A stretch of 61,090 nt of DNA from a bacterium (GCA_009995545.1 JAACPI010000004.1:1-61090), one strand, 5' to 3'; positions 39,558-49,580 are shown, numbered from the stretch's first letter. The notes: generated by a model not told the origin, from the letters alone. Numbers and translations are program-made.

Positions 39558-40700
39558 ATGCCAAAAAAGATCAAAAAATACGTTTTAATAATACCTACTT
39601 ACAATGAGGCAGAGAATATAGAAAAGACTGTAAATGTAGTTTTAAACTCGTTTCCTAAAGACCCCTTAAAAGAATTTCACGTATTGGTTATTGATGGTAA
39701 TTCTCCAGATGCAACTTCAGGTGTAGTTAGAAAATTGATTAAAATACATTCAAATGTTCACTTGTTAATGGAAAAAGAAAAAAGGGGATTAGGTGCTGCC
39801 TACTTGCAAGCTATGTCTTACTGTTTTGATGAAATGGGAGGTGACTATGTTATTCAGTTTGATGCCGACTTGTCCCACGATCCCGTAATTATAAAATCGA
39901 TGGTTGCGCTTACAGATTCTAAAGCCGAATTTGTAACCGGTACTAGATATAAAAAGGGGGGAAGCATACCCTCAGAATGGGCCTTTCACAGAAAGTTAAT
40001 TTCAATAGGTGGTAACTTGTTAACAAGATTAGTTTTTTACCCCACTAACGTTTCTGACTGGACTAGTGGCTATTCTTTAATTTCGAAAAAGGTTTTTAAA
40101 ACAGTTTATAATAAAGTAAGTTTAGAAAAGGGTTATAACTTTCAAATTTCTCTAAAAAAATCTGCATTAAATAACGGGTTTAAGATTGAAGAAGTTCCAT
40201 ACCATTTTAAAGATAGAGAGATGGGAGATAGTAAACTTGGTCCAGAATATATGTTTAGAGCTTTCTACTTTATACTTAGGACCCGTGCATCCGAAATTTT
40301 AAAATCTCCTTTTTTTAAGGTTTGTTTGGTCGGAGGTATAGGGACTCTTGTACAGCTTAGTGCCTTTGCCTTAATGTTTTCTTACTTAGGATTTAATAAC
40401 TATGTATCTTTGGTTTTAAGTGTTGAGTTAGCAATTATTAGCAATTATATTCTTAACAATAACTTTAGTTTTAAATCTAACAAAATTGAAGGCTCAAAAG
40501 CTGCTTCACTTTTTTCATTTGCTAAATTTAATTTAATAAGTTGTGGGTCTTTGGGCATACAAGCCTTAAGCCAGTATATTGGGTCTGTTTTCTTCGGTTT
40601 TTCCGATATCACAGTTTACACATTTTTAATTGTAGGTATTCTATTAGGGTTAGTTTCTAATTTTTATTTTTATAAGACACTTGTATGGAAAGTAAAGTAG
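39558..40700 (+). CDS. GT2 polyprenol-phosphate glycosyltransferase (DPM1-like) fused to a GtrA domain
   Basis: IPTYNE, DADLSH and a 4-TM GtrA-like C-terminus. Confidence 0.92.
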   Translation: MPKKIKKYVLIIPTYNEAENIEKTVNVVLNSFPKDPLKEFHVLVIDGNSPDATSGVVRKLIKIHSNVHLLMEKEKRGLGAAYLQAMSYCFDEMGGDYVIQFDADLSHDPVIIKSMVALTDSKAEFVTGTRYKKGGSIPSEWAFHRKLISIGGNLLTRLVFYPTNVSDWTSGYSLISKKVFKTVYNKVSLEKGYNFQISLKKSALNNGFKIEEVPYHFKDREMGDSKLGPEYMFRAFYFILRTRASEILKSPFFKVCLVGGIGTLVQLSAFALMFSYLGFNNYVSLVLSVELAIISNYILNNNFSFKSNKIEGSKAASLFSFAKFNLISCGSLGIQALSQYIGSVFFGFSDITVYTFLIVGILLGLVSNFYFYKTLVWKVK

Positions 40701-41467
40701 TAGCAAAAAAACTTCCAAGACCCTACATTTCAATAGTTATTCCAGCATTTAATGAAGAAAAAAGTATTTTAAGTACTCTAAAAAAAGTAGAGGCCTTTCT
40801 TATTAATAATAAAAAAAGTTACGAGGTTTTGGTTATGGATGACGGAAGTGTAGATGCTACAGTATCTATAGCAAAAACCTTTTCAGATACAAATTCTAAA
40901 ATAAAGATTTTTCCACTTGTTCACAAAGGCAAAGCCAATGCAGTTATTCAGGGTCTAAGGAAAGCCAATGGAAAGTATATTTTATTTTCAGATGCAGACC
41001 TTGCAACACCTATTGAGGAGTTGAAAAAGCTTTTACACTATATTACTGACCAAAAATACGATATTAGTATCGGAAGTCGCGAAGGTGTTGGTGCTGTGAG
41101 AAAAGACGAACCCTTTTATAGACACTTAATGGGCAGAGTGTTTAACTACTTAGTTCAAATAATACTTATTAAGGGTATTAACGATACGCAATGTGGTTTT
41201 AAGCTTTTTACTAACGAAAGTGCTAAAGCCATAATTAAAAAGATGAGGCTTTATTCTAACGCACCAGAAATAACAGTGGCTAAGGTAACTGCCTTTGATA
41301 CAGAAATACTTTTTTTAGCTAAAAAGCTTGGTTATAGAGTTAAATCTGTGGCTGTAGAGTGGCAGTATGTTGAAACAAACCGTGTGAGTGCTTGGAGAGA
41401 CTCTCTTCAGAATTTTTTTGATGTATTAAAAGTTTGGTATAACGACAAAAAGGGTTTATATAAATAA
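40685..41467 (+). CDS. GT2 dolichyl-phosphate beta-glucosyltransferase-like
   Basis: IPAFNE, DDGS, DADLATP and DTQCGFK. Confidence 0.92.
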   Translation: MESKVVAKKLPRPYISIVIPAFNEEKSILSTLKKVEAFLINNKKSYEVLVMDDGSVDATVSIAKTFSDTNSKIKIFPLVHKGKANAVIQGLRKANGKYILFSDADLATPIEELKKLLHYITDQKYDISIGSREGVGAVRKDEPFYRHLMGRVFNYLVQIILIKGINDTQCGFKLFTNESAKAIIKKMRLYSNAPEITVAKVTAFDTEILFLAKKLGYRVKSVAVEWQYVETNRVSAWRDSLQNFFDVLKVWYNDKKGLYK

Positions 41468-41512
41468 CTTATATGCTTGGAATCTTAAAAATATTAAATT
41501 AAAACAAATATT

Positions 41513-42835
41513 ATGAAGGTAACAATAATTGGAACAGGCTATGTCGGTTTAGTAAGTGGTGCAGTTTTTGCTGATTGGGGTCACGAGGTAGTGTGTTTAG
41601 ATATTGACGCAAAAAAGGTAGAAAATATCAAAAAGGGCATAATGCCTATTTATGAGGAAGGTTTAGAGGAACTTGTAGATAAGGTACAAAATAAAGATAA
41701 AAGGTTTGAGGTTACTACTGATTACAAAGGAGCTGTTGAACATGGGGAAGTTATTTTTATTTGCGTTGGAACACCTGGAAATCAATCTGGTGCTGCCGAT
41801 TTAAGCTATGTAGATCAAGCAGCTCAAAGTATTGGTAAGAACATTCCAGAAGGAGATTACAAAGTGGTTGTTACCAAAAGTACTGTTCCCGTGGGTACCC
41901 ACAATCGAGTTAAGGAAAATGTTAAAAAGGGGTCAGAAGGTAAAAAAATTAGTTTTGATGTTGCAAGTTGTCCCGAATTTTTAAGGGAGGGGACATCCAT
42001 TTACGATGCTAATAACAGTGAAAGAACGGTTATAGGAAGTAATAGCGAAAAAGCACTGGATATTTTATCCGGTGTCTACGCTACTTTAAAATCACCCATT
42101 GTTAGAACTGACGTAGCTAGTGCAGAGCTTATTAAATACGCTGCTAATGCATTTTTAGCCACAAAAATAAGCTTTATTAATGAAATGTCACAAATTTGTG
42201 AAAGAACTGGGGCTGACGTTGTTAGTGTGGCTAAAGGTATGGGTTTAGATAGTAGGATTGGTCCTAAGTTTTTAAATGCAGGTATAGGTTATGGTGGAAG
42301 TTGTTTTCCTAAAGATGTAGAAGCCCTGTATAGGACCAGTAGTGAGAACTTTTACGATTTTAGGCTACTTAGAGGTGTGATGGATGCAAACGAAAGGCAA
42401 AAAGACTACTTCTTTGACAAAATTACTAGTAAGTACGGAGCTAATCTTTATGGGCTAACTTTTGGAGTTTTAGGTGCTGCATTTAAAAATGGCACAGACG
42501 ACACTAGAAAATCCGTAGCTATACAAATAATTAGAATGCTTCGAGGACATGGCGCAAAGATGAAGGTTTACGACCCTGCTGCAATGGATAATGCTAAAAG
42601 AGAGCTTGGTAATGAGTACATTACCTATGTAGATTCTTCTGACGAAGTATTTAAAGACTCTGATGCTTTAGTAATTTTAACTGAATGGAAAGAATTTGCA
42701 GAATTAGACTATAAAACCCTTTTACCACAACTAAAAGAAAAAGTAGTTTTTGATGGTCGAAACTTGTTAGATCCTATAAAAATGCAAGAAATGGATGTTG
42801 ATTACTACGCTATTGGTAGATTTTTAGGTAAGTAA
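41513..42835 (+). CDS. ugd: UDP-glucose 6-dehydrogenase
   Basis: GTGYVG, PEFLREG, KYAANAFLA.KISF and GGSCFPKD. Confidence 0.95.
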   Translation: MKVTIIGTGYVGLVSGAVFADWGHEVVCLDIDAKKVENIKKGIMPIYEEGLEELVDKVQNKDKRFEVTTDYKGAVEHGEVIFICVGTPGNQSGAADLSYVDQAAQSIGKNIPEGDYKVVVTKSTVPVGTHNRVKENVKKGSEGKKISFDVASCPEFLREGTSIYDANNSERTVIGSNSEKALDILSGVYATLKSPIVRTDVASAELIKYAANAFLATKISFINEMSQICERTGADVVSVAKGMGLDSRIGPKFLNAGIGYGGSCFPKDVEALYRTSSENFYDFRLLRGVMDANERQKDYFFDKITSKYGANLYGLTFGVLGAAFKNGTDDTRKSVAIQIIRMLRGHGAKMKVYDPAAMDNAKRELGNEYITYVDSSDEVFKDSDALVILTEWKEFAELDYKTLLPQLKEKVVFDGRNLLDPIKMQEMDVDYYAIGRFLGK

Positions 42836-42853
42836 TGAGTTAGTAATAAAAAT

Positions 42854-42970
42854 ATGATTTTTATTACTACAGAACCTGAAAACTTTAAGTTTAGTTTAAA
42901 AGAGGATTACGTTAATCTTAAAGAAGAAGAAGCGGCTGTAGAAAAATTCTGGCAAGAAAAGAAAAAATAA
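42854..42970 (+). pseudogene. 38-aa ORF, probable truncated gene fragment
   Basis: MIFITTEPENFKFSLKEDYVNLKEEEAAVEKFWQEKKK*, ending in an A6 run. Confidence 0.35.
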
Positions 42971-42980
42971 CTCCTTTCGA

Positions 42981-43946
42981 TTGGCCTTTTATCGAGAGAT
43001 TAATTGTTTTACAAAATTTAAATGTCATTTAACCCTGTTTAATATTAAAATCTTAAGTTCCTTTAAAAAATACACCTATGACGATAATACAAATGCGTAT
43101 GATTTTTATCTTCAAAATAAAGAAAATTTAGAAAAGTTTTATTCTGTAATACCCAAAGAATTTTACACAATGGTAGAGGAGGAGGTTTTATTGGCTTTAA
43201 ATTCTGACCTAGCCTGTAACAAATCTCATTTTGTTAACATAATGCGAAAAGTGGTACACGTTTTAGTAGAAATTCCTGCATTAGCTCAAGAGCTATACGA
43301 CTTGTCTAAAGATAAAAGCTTAAAGCAAGAAAAGTTTTTATCTTCTTTATTACACGACTTAGGTCATTTTCAGCAGTACTTAACTATACAGTCTTTTAAC
43401 AATTTTAAATATGATCATTGTATAGAAGGGGACAAGATTTTTGTATCTAAAATAGCAAAAAAAGAATTGAAAATTGAGTCACATTTAGAAAAAATTATTA
43501 GTTCTGTTATCGTAGAACATGGTTTGACTTTTATAGAATCCCAAGATCCAGAAAAAGTTAAGTGCATTTATTTTCTGCGTGATATAGATAAAATTTCGGC
43601 AATAGAAGCCTGGGATCGAAATCAAAGAAAAGTTATAGAAACAGACAAAAACGGCTGGGGTTTGTTAAAAAAGGGTTATAGCGAAGATGTAGTGCGTATT
43701 TTCCTGTCTTCTTCTCAAATAGATTATAAATATCGTAAAACGACTGCCGATGCAATGATTTGTTATTTAGCATTTATTTTTGACTTTTATTATAAAGAAT
43801 CCCTTCAACTAGTGTTAAAGAATGGTTATCTAAATAACATAATAAATTGTATCCCTCCCTTTTTAGATGAAAAAGATTTGGGTATAATAAGATTAATAAA
43901 GGACCATATTAGGGATTACGCTAGAAAAATTTTAAGTTCCAATTAA
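42981..43946 (+). CDS. HD-domain phosphohydrolase (start uncertain)
   Basis: LLHDLGHF.QY, DH..EG and RDIDK. Confidence 0.8.
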   Translation: MAFYREINCFTKFKCHLTLFNIKILSSFKKYTYDDNTNAYDFYLQNKENLEKFYSVIPKEFYTMVEEEVLLALNSDLACNKSHFVNIMRKVVHVLVEIPALAQELYDLSKDKSLKQEKFLSSLLHDLGHFQQYLTIQSFNNFKYDHCIEGDKIFVSKIAKKELKIESHLEKIISSVIVEHGLTFIESQDPEKVKCIYFLRDIDKISAIEAWDRNQRKVIETDKNGWGLLKKGYSEDVVRIFLSSSQIDYKYRKTTADAMICYLAFIFDFYYKESLQLVLKNGYLNNIINCIPPFLDEKDLGIIRLIKDHIRDYARKILSSN

Positions 43947-43949
43947 TAT

Positions 43950-44396
43950 CTGAAACAAGAATGTTTAAGTTGCAATATTGTAAACGGTAAGGTTAAGAGT
44001 CTTTTGGTTTATGAAGACGCCTGTTTTCATGCACATCAAGATTACGGGGTCCCTATTCCGGGCTTTATTGTAATTAGTTCTAAAAGACACTTAAGGTCTA
44101 TGTCTGATTTTAATGAAGAAGAACAAAAAAATTTTGGAATTATTCTCTGTAAGGTAAGAACTGCTATGGAAAAGGCTTTGGATATAAAAACAGTATACAC
44201 AGCCCAAAAAGAAAGAGATAAAGATCCTTTTCATTTTTGGATTTTACCTAGGTACCCCTGGATTTCTGAAATGTTTGGTAATTCTACCGCCTCAATTTCT
44301 AATTCTTTAGACTATGCCAAAGACAAATTAAAGACTGAGGAAAACTTAAAGGCTGTTGTAGCGTCTACGGACAAACTTTATAAATATTTAAATTAG
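43950..44396 (+). CDS. HIT-like protein
   Basis: CLSC motif upstream of the ORF-track start, P.PGF....SKRH and FHFWILPR. Confidence 0.75.
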   Translation: MKQECLSCNIVNGKVKSLLVYEDACFHAHQDYGVPIPGFIVISSKRHLRSMSDFNEEEQKNFGIILCKVRTAMEKALDIKTVYTAQKERDKDPFHFWILPRYPWISEMFGNSTASISNSLDYAKDKLKTEENLKAVVASTDKLYKYLN

Positions 44397-44397
44397 T

Positions 44398-44751
44398 ATG
44401 GAAATTAAAACTGGTTTTGTTAAAGACTTAGGTAGCGACACTAAAGGGTGGTTTGTGGGCAAATTTATGCCTAAAAATAGTCCTTTTCACTCAGAGGACT
44501 TTGAAGTTAAGTGGGTTGAGCGTAAAAAAGGGGAGGTAAAAGAGAACAAAAATCCACCAGAAAATAACCAAAAAACAGTTTGTATTTTAATTGAGGGCGA
44601 AATGGAATTTAACTTTCCTGACTCCAATCAAACAGTTGTTTTAAAAGATAAAGGGGAGTATCTGTTTTACAGCCCCACACCTATTCACAAAAGCACGGCC
44701 TTAAAAGACAGTACTGTAATTGTACTACGCTGGCCTTCTAAACTTCCTTAA
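44398..44751 (+). CDS. Cupin-fold protein
   Basis: GWFVG.F, EVKW, ILIEG, H...A..DS.V...RWPS. Confidence 0.65.
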   Translation: MEIKTGFVKDLGSDTKGWFVGKFMPKNSPFHSEDFEVKWVERKKGEVKENKNPPENNQKTVCILIEGEMEFNFPDSNQTVVLKDKGEYLFYSPTPIHKSTALKDSTVIVLRWPSKLP

Positions 44752-44753
44752 CT

Positions 44754-45746
44754 CTATCTGTGTGGGTATTTATATATCTGGTTATCTAAGTACCAACTTA
44801 CGGTTTTTTTAATACCCTCTTCCAACTCTATACTTGAGGTGTATTTAAGCATTTTTTGTGCTTTTGAAATATCGCCTTTTATATAGTCGCTGGTTAAAGC
44901 CGAATAATCTTTATCTTTAGACCTTACCATTTTTACATTCTTTTTACCCATTTCTTTTGCTATAGCATTAATGACTCTTTCCAAGGTGTAGCCTTTTCCA
45001 CTTGCTATATTTATTGCTTGATATTTAAATCTTTTATTAAAACAGTTTGTAATGTAATTTAGCGCCTCTTCTATATACAAATAATCTCTAACCGTGCCTT
45101 TATCACCATATAAAATTACGGGCCTGTCGTAATAAATTGACTGTAGTGCTCCATATACTATTGTGTGAGGGTTAAGTTCTGGTCCGTAGACACTAAAAAA
45201 TCTTAAACTTATCGCGGGAATATCGTAAAAAGTACTTAGGTATTCCACTACTTTCTCTCCTGCCAAACTGGCTGAACCTACAGGGGATAAAGGATTTAAT
45301 ACAATGTTTTTTTCAGTGTAGATATCTTTTTTTGTTTTTCCATAAACAGACTTTGCGGATCCATAAATATATTTTTTTACACTTAATTTTTTAGCTATCC
45401 CCATAGCTACAGAGTTTCCAACTACCGAGGCTTTTATGTAAAGTGTGTATTCAATTTTTTCTTTCTCCATGTAATAAAAATTTTCGGTAGCAAAATTTAT
45501 AAAAATATCCCAATTTCCTATAGGAATTTTGTTTATAATCTCTGGGTTAGTAATGTCGTCTCTTACAAAAGTAAAATTTTTAAAATTTAAAAGTTTTGTT
45601 ATTCTTCGCATTTTAACCTCAGTACCATAACTTTCGGTTAAGTTGTCTATTCCTACTACAGTGTCGCCTCTTTTGAGCAAACGGTCACATAATGAGTAAC
45701 CAACAAAACCCCCACATCCTGCTAAAATAATTTTTTGATTTTTCAT
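44754..45746 (-). CDS. NAD-dependent epimerase homolog lacking catalytic YxxxK
   Basis: GCGGFVG and LRFFSVYGP are present; SPVGSASLAGE replaces SPYxxSK. Confidence 0.88.
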   Translation of the reverse strand: MKNQKIILAGCGGFVGYSLCDRLLKRGDTVVGIDNLTESYGTEVKMRRITKLLNFKNFTFVRDDITNPEIINKIPIGNWDIFINFATENFYYMEKEKIEYTLYIKASVVGNSVAMGIAKKLSVKKYIYGSAKSVYGKTKKDIYTEKNIVLNPLSPVGSASLAGEKVVEYLSTFYDIPAISLRFFSVYGPELNPHTIVYGALQSIYYDRPVILYGDKGTVRDYLYIEEALNYITNCFNKRFKYQAINIASGKGYTLERVINAIAKEMGKKNVKMVRSKDKDYSALTSDYIKGDISKAQKMLKYTSSIELEEGIKKTVSWYLDNQIYKYPHR

Positions 45747-45916
45747 ATTACTTTAAATTTTATCACAGATTAGACGAGTTAATTTGTACCCATAACCCCA
45801 AATTTAGTGGTCATTTTTACGTAATTTCCCCTATCACAAAAGCTTACATTAAACATTGAATACTTCTTGGTTAAATATATCCTATAGCTGTTTACTATTA
45901 ATAATTTTATTTAATT

Positions 45917-46738
45917 ATGAAAAAAATATTAGTTCTAGGTGGCGTAGGTTTTTTAGGTAAGCATTTAATTGAGCAGGCAAATATAAAAGGAATTAAGGCA
46001 GACTACTTTGACATTAAGGCTGTCGGGAAAAACAAAAAGGATAAACTAGAATTAAGAACCCAAGATTTTAAAGGGTATGGAGCAATTTATGATTTTGCTG
46101 GGGTACTTGGAACACACGAAACCTTTGAAATAGCTGAAAAAGCTGTTGAGGTGAATATCTTGGGTACGCTAAATGTTCTAGAGCAAATAAAAGACCTAAA
46201 TATTCCATATTATTATATTACCTTGGGCAATAACTGGCTCAATCCTTACAGTATAACTAAAAATGCAGCGAGTAACTTTTGTTTAATGTATTTAAATGAA
46301 TATGGTACACCTGTGCAAGTTGTTAAAACTTATAATGCTTATGGGCCTTATCAAAAGCTTTTTCCAGTGCGTAAAATTGTTCCCACTTTTATGTACAAGT
46401 TAATAAAAGATGAAGAAATAGTAATTAATGGAGATGGTAACCAAATTGTCGATTTAGTTTACGCACCCGACTTAGCTAAAAGTTTGCTTAAAAATAAGCA
46501 AGTTGGTGTTGTTCACTACGGAAGTGCTAAACCTTTAACTGTAAAACAAGCTGTAGAGGCTTGTGCTAAATCATTAGGTATTAGTGACTATAAACTTAAA
46601 TTTGTCCCGAAAAGAATGGGTGAGCCTTTGCAGTCTACTTCGTTATCACCGAGAAAAATGGAATATTCAACTCCTTTAGAAAAAGGCTTAAATATAACAT
46701 CGGCCTGGTACAAAGGTGAAATTAAAAAATTAATATAA
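45917..46738 (+). CDS. NAD-dependent epimerase/dehydratase
   Basis: GGVGFLG, NPYSITK and NAYGPYQ. Confidence 0.9.
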   Translation: MKKILVLGGVGFLGKHLIEQANIKGIKADYFDIKAVGKNKKDKLELRTQDFKGYGAIYDFAGVLGTHETFEIAEKAVEVNILGTLNVLEQIKDLNIPYYYITLGNNWLNPYSITKNAASNFCLMYLNEYGTPVQVVKTYNAYGPYQKLFPVRKIVPTFMYKLIKDEEIVINGDGNQIVDLVYAPDLAKSLLKNKQVGVVHYGSAKPLTVKQAVEACAKSLGISDYKLKFVPKRMGEPLQSTSLSPRKMEYSTPLEKGLNITSAWYKGEIKKLI

Positions 46739-46742
46739 ACTT

Positions 46743-47240
46743 ATGGTAAATGAAGCAGAAAAGCCAATATTCGAGGATATTCAACGAAGAGAAATAATTG
46801 AGGAAATGCGTGCCTATTTATTTCCAGGTAATACGGAGTCTTTGAATGATAAATCTGAGATAAATAGATATATAGACGATACTGCCTTGAATATTCCTAC
46901 TAGTCTATTAATTTTGTTGAGGAGGCCCAACCGCTTCCCCGTGAATGAAACCTTTCCATCTTTTAATTCCGCACAAAAGACAAGAAAGGAAGAAGAATTA
47001 TATTCTAACCACATATCGACTGTGTTTAAAGGTTTAGCTATGGGTATGGTTTTTATTGAGTACGGGGATACACCGTATTTTAAGTACAGCTCCAAAAATA
47101 CTATAGACATATCTAGTGTAAGAAAAATGGTTGAAATTGATCTCTCATTGATTACTCTGTTAAAGCTGAATTCTCCTTATAACTATAGGAATTACATATA
47201 TAGGCAAAGATCTATAACCGATCATCCCTTCGCTATTTAA
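46743..47240 (+). CDS. Hypothetical protein
   Basis: 165-aa ORF with no recognised motif. Confidence 0.55.
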   Translation: MVNEAEKPIFEDIQRREIIEEMRAYLFPGNTESLNDKSEINRYIDDTALNIPTSLLILLRRPNRFPVNETFPSFNSAQKTRKEEELYSNHISTVFKGLAMGMVFIEYGDTPYFKYSSKNTIDISSVRKMVEIDLSLITLLKLNSPYNYRNYIYRQRSITDHPFAI

Positions 47241-47282
47241 GTCTTAAGTACATATTTACTATACAAAAATTGTAGATATCTA

Positions 47283-47522
47283 TTGACTATAGGTTATAAA
47301 TAATATACTATTTTCCTGTTTACAATTCTGCCCCCCCATAATTGTAACCAATTTGGGTGGGCACATTCATAATTTATCTTAGTCAACAAAAAACTTGCAT
47401 AAGTTTCTTCTTGAATAAGCGGACTACATTAAGAGCATTAATAACGTGTTTTTAATGTAGTTCGTTTTATTCACTCGGCCTAGGCAATCTCGCCGTAGGC
47501 ATTCAACCAAAAGGAGAAACAA
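47283..47522 (+). promoter_or_regulatory. Promoter plus ~200-nt structured leader and strong Shine-Dalgarno
   Basis: TTGACT-17-TACTAT; hairpins at 47329-47363, 47391-47406, 47412-47473 and 47478-47500; AAAAGGAG before ATG. Confidence 0.65.
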
Positions 47523-48308
47523 ATGTTTGACAATCTATTGATTGGTGGTCGTTTTTGGGATGGGAAAAGTGAAGATCCGAGCCAGCTTTTGGCCTGGGTA
47601 GAGGCTCACTCAAACATTGCAAAACTTGCGGTCGCCGTCAACATTGCGAACGACAAGTCCCATGCAGTGAAGGCTCTACAGGAAGGTGGCGTAGCTACAG
47701 CAATCCCTGTCCAGCCTTGGCTCAGATGGTCACCAGCGCTTCTGGCTCTTACAGCAGAAGCAGTTCGACAGGGAAAGGAGTACGTACTATTTCTTTCCAC
47801 CACAATGCGGGTCGACGAGGTCTCAGTAGGGGCCCTAGTGCAAATTATGGATGAGAATCCTAGCATTATGCATCTCGGCCCGGCTTTTCCCGAACACGAC
47901 TTCCAACCAGGAGTCAACAAGATTCGGGGGAGAACTGTAGGTTGGAACAACTGTTCCATTCACCGAGTCAGTGCGCTATCTGGCTTTGGTTTCCAGCCCG
48001 GGTCTGAGGGACTTCTGGATCCTAAGGCGCAGGGAGTTGAGGAGGTGGTCTACGATTCTTTGAACCAGGCAATCCGCGGTCGTCAAAATCACCGAGTTCT
48101 CCTAGTGAAAGGACTTCCCGGTCTTATTGTATGGGATGTTAATACGGACTCGCATGGGGCCTGGTATGTGGTATACCACAATGACAAGCTTCAGTCGAAG
48201 GACGATCGTCCCGACGCTCAGTTGCGATTGCTGGGACTCTCCGCTGGAGAAGTCTGGCATGCCGAGTATGGAGATCTTCTCCAGAATGGGATGCCCTGGA
48301 ATCGTTAA
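47523..48308 (+). CDS. GC-rich hypothetical protein, possibly GT-A-like fold
   Basis: 261-aa ORF with strong SD; visibly higher GC than its neighbours. Confidence 0.75.
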   Translation: MFDNLLIGGRFWDGKSEDPSQLLAWVEAHSNIAKLAVAVNIANDKSHAVKALQEGGVATAIPVQPWLRWSPALLALTAEAVRQGKEYVLFLSTTMRVDEVSVGALVQIMDENPSIMHLGPAFPEHDFQPGVNKIRGRTVGWNNCSIHRVSALSGFGFQPGSEGLLDPKAQGVEEVVYDSLNQAIRGRQNHRVLLVKGLPGLIVWDVNTDSHGAWYVVYHNDKLQSKDDRPDAQLRLLGLSAGEVWHAEYGDLLQNGMPWNR

Positions 48309-48402
48309 GGTTGACTAAGTTTATGTAAACAACAGGAGGTCCCGGAGGACTAAAGAGCGTATTTCAGTACAAAACTCTTTAGACTCCGGCCTCCAGTCAA
48401 CC
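48309..48402 (+). other. Structured 3' trailer
   Basis: Nested stems GGTTGACT/AGTCAACC, GGAGG/CCTCC, CCGGAG/CTCCGG and CTAAAGAG/CTCTTTAG. Confidence 0.65.
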
Positions 48403-48429
48403 AAATGTATAGCTAGGCTATACATTTTT
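48403..48429 (+). terminator. Intrinsic terminator-like hairpin
   Basis: AAATGTATAGC-TAG-GCTATACATTT, running into TT. Confidence 0.7.
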
Positions 48430-48540
48430 AATTATATCTTATTTTTAAGGTATTTAACTACAGGTTATGTGTTTAAAAAAGATGAAACTATAAAAATTTC
48501 ACTTCTTTTAAGTACAAAATAAGTACTTTAAAACAAAAAA

Positions 48541-49575
48541 ATGACTACTAAGAGAGATGAAACAATAAACTACCCAACCGTCCTAAGTGAGTCTTGGGAT
48601 AAAAATATTCAAGTATCTTTAATACGTCCAGATGTGGTAAAAAAAGAGGAATTATGGACTAATAAAGGAATTCCTGAAGGTGCCGCAAGTTGGAGATTAA
48701 AAAGAGAGTATTCTACTTTACAGTATTTAAGTACTCAAGGCTTACCTGTTCCAACTCCTCTAGATATTACAGAAGGTAGTGGTGTGCGTGGAGCCGAAGC
48801 TATTGCATTTACAATGCGGAGAGTCCCTGGTTACTCCTTAGACTTCCCTGACTCTCCAGATAGAATTGACCATTTCGAAGATTTTCGTGCTAATTTTGAA
48901 TGTTATCTTGAGGATGCTTTAGAGTCTTTAGACTCCATACACAAAGCCGGCTATGCTTTAGGGGATATAAAGCCTGGAACTTTTATTATTAATCCAAAAA
49001 CAAAAAAAGTGACTTTAGTGGATTTTGAATTTGCTTACAGTGTCAAAGACCTTGAACAAAATATGGGGTATGGGGCTAATTCACTATTAAATTCTCTGAA
49101 AGTGGATCCAGGAATCGCTTGTTTAATAAACAATTTAACACAACCCTCCCCGGGTATTTCGTTTGAACAGGCTAAGATGATAGAAATTTCTTCTTTGGTC
49201 AGGTATTTTTGTATTTTAGCTTCTTCGGATTTAGATAACCCAGTTGAGTTAAAATCTATCGAGTTTTCCGAAAATGAACTTAATCAGCTTATGGAGGCTG
49301 CAAGATATTCTTCAACGCTCCATTATTTGGACCGAGCAGGTATTCCTATTAATGGTGTTAGTAGTATTGATTTTAGAAGTTTTACTGAGCAAATTGGTGA
49401 TGACTACGTACACCCCGCTTTTATGAGATACGGGTATGAAGCAGCGTTTAGAAAGCAAGCTGTTACATCTTTAACCACCTTGGGTATAGAACTATCCGAA
49501 TCACTTCGTCAGTTTATAAATAAAAGCTTAAGTTTAGATTTATCCAGAAGACCAATTAATTACAAATTAAAATAA
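48541..49575 (+). CDS. Protein-kinase-like protein
   Basis: REY..L..L...G.PVP, IH..G...GDIKP and LVDFEFA. Confidence 0.75.
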   Translation: MTTKRDETINYPTVLSESWDKNIQVSLIRPDVVKKEELWTNKGIPEGAASWRLKREYSTLQYLSTQGLPVPTPLDITEGSGVRGAEAIAFTMRRVPGYSLDFPDSPDRIDHFEDFRANFECYLEDALESLDSIHKAGYALGDIKPGTFIINPKTKKVTLVDFEFAYSVKDLEQNMGYGANSLLNSLKVDPGIACLINNLTQPSPGISFEQAKMIEISSLVRYFCILASSDLDNPVELKSIEFSENELNQLMEAARYSSTLHYLDRAGIPINGVSSIDFRSFTEQIGDDYVHPAFMRYGYEAAFRKQAVTSLTTLGIELSESLRQFINKSLSLDLSRRPINYKLK

Positions 49576-49580
49576 AAAAT

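Noticed and set aside
47378..48402. HEARO/omega-RNA or IS200/IS605 ends suggested by GTCAAC/GTTGAC
   Set aside because: No IscB, TnpB or HNH motifs in the enclosed ORF; similarity is limited to a hexamer.
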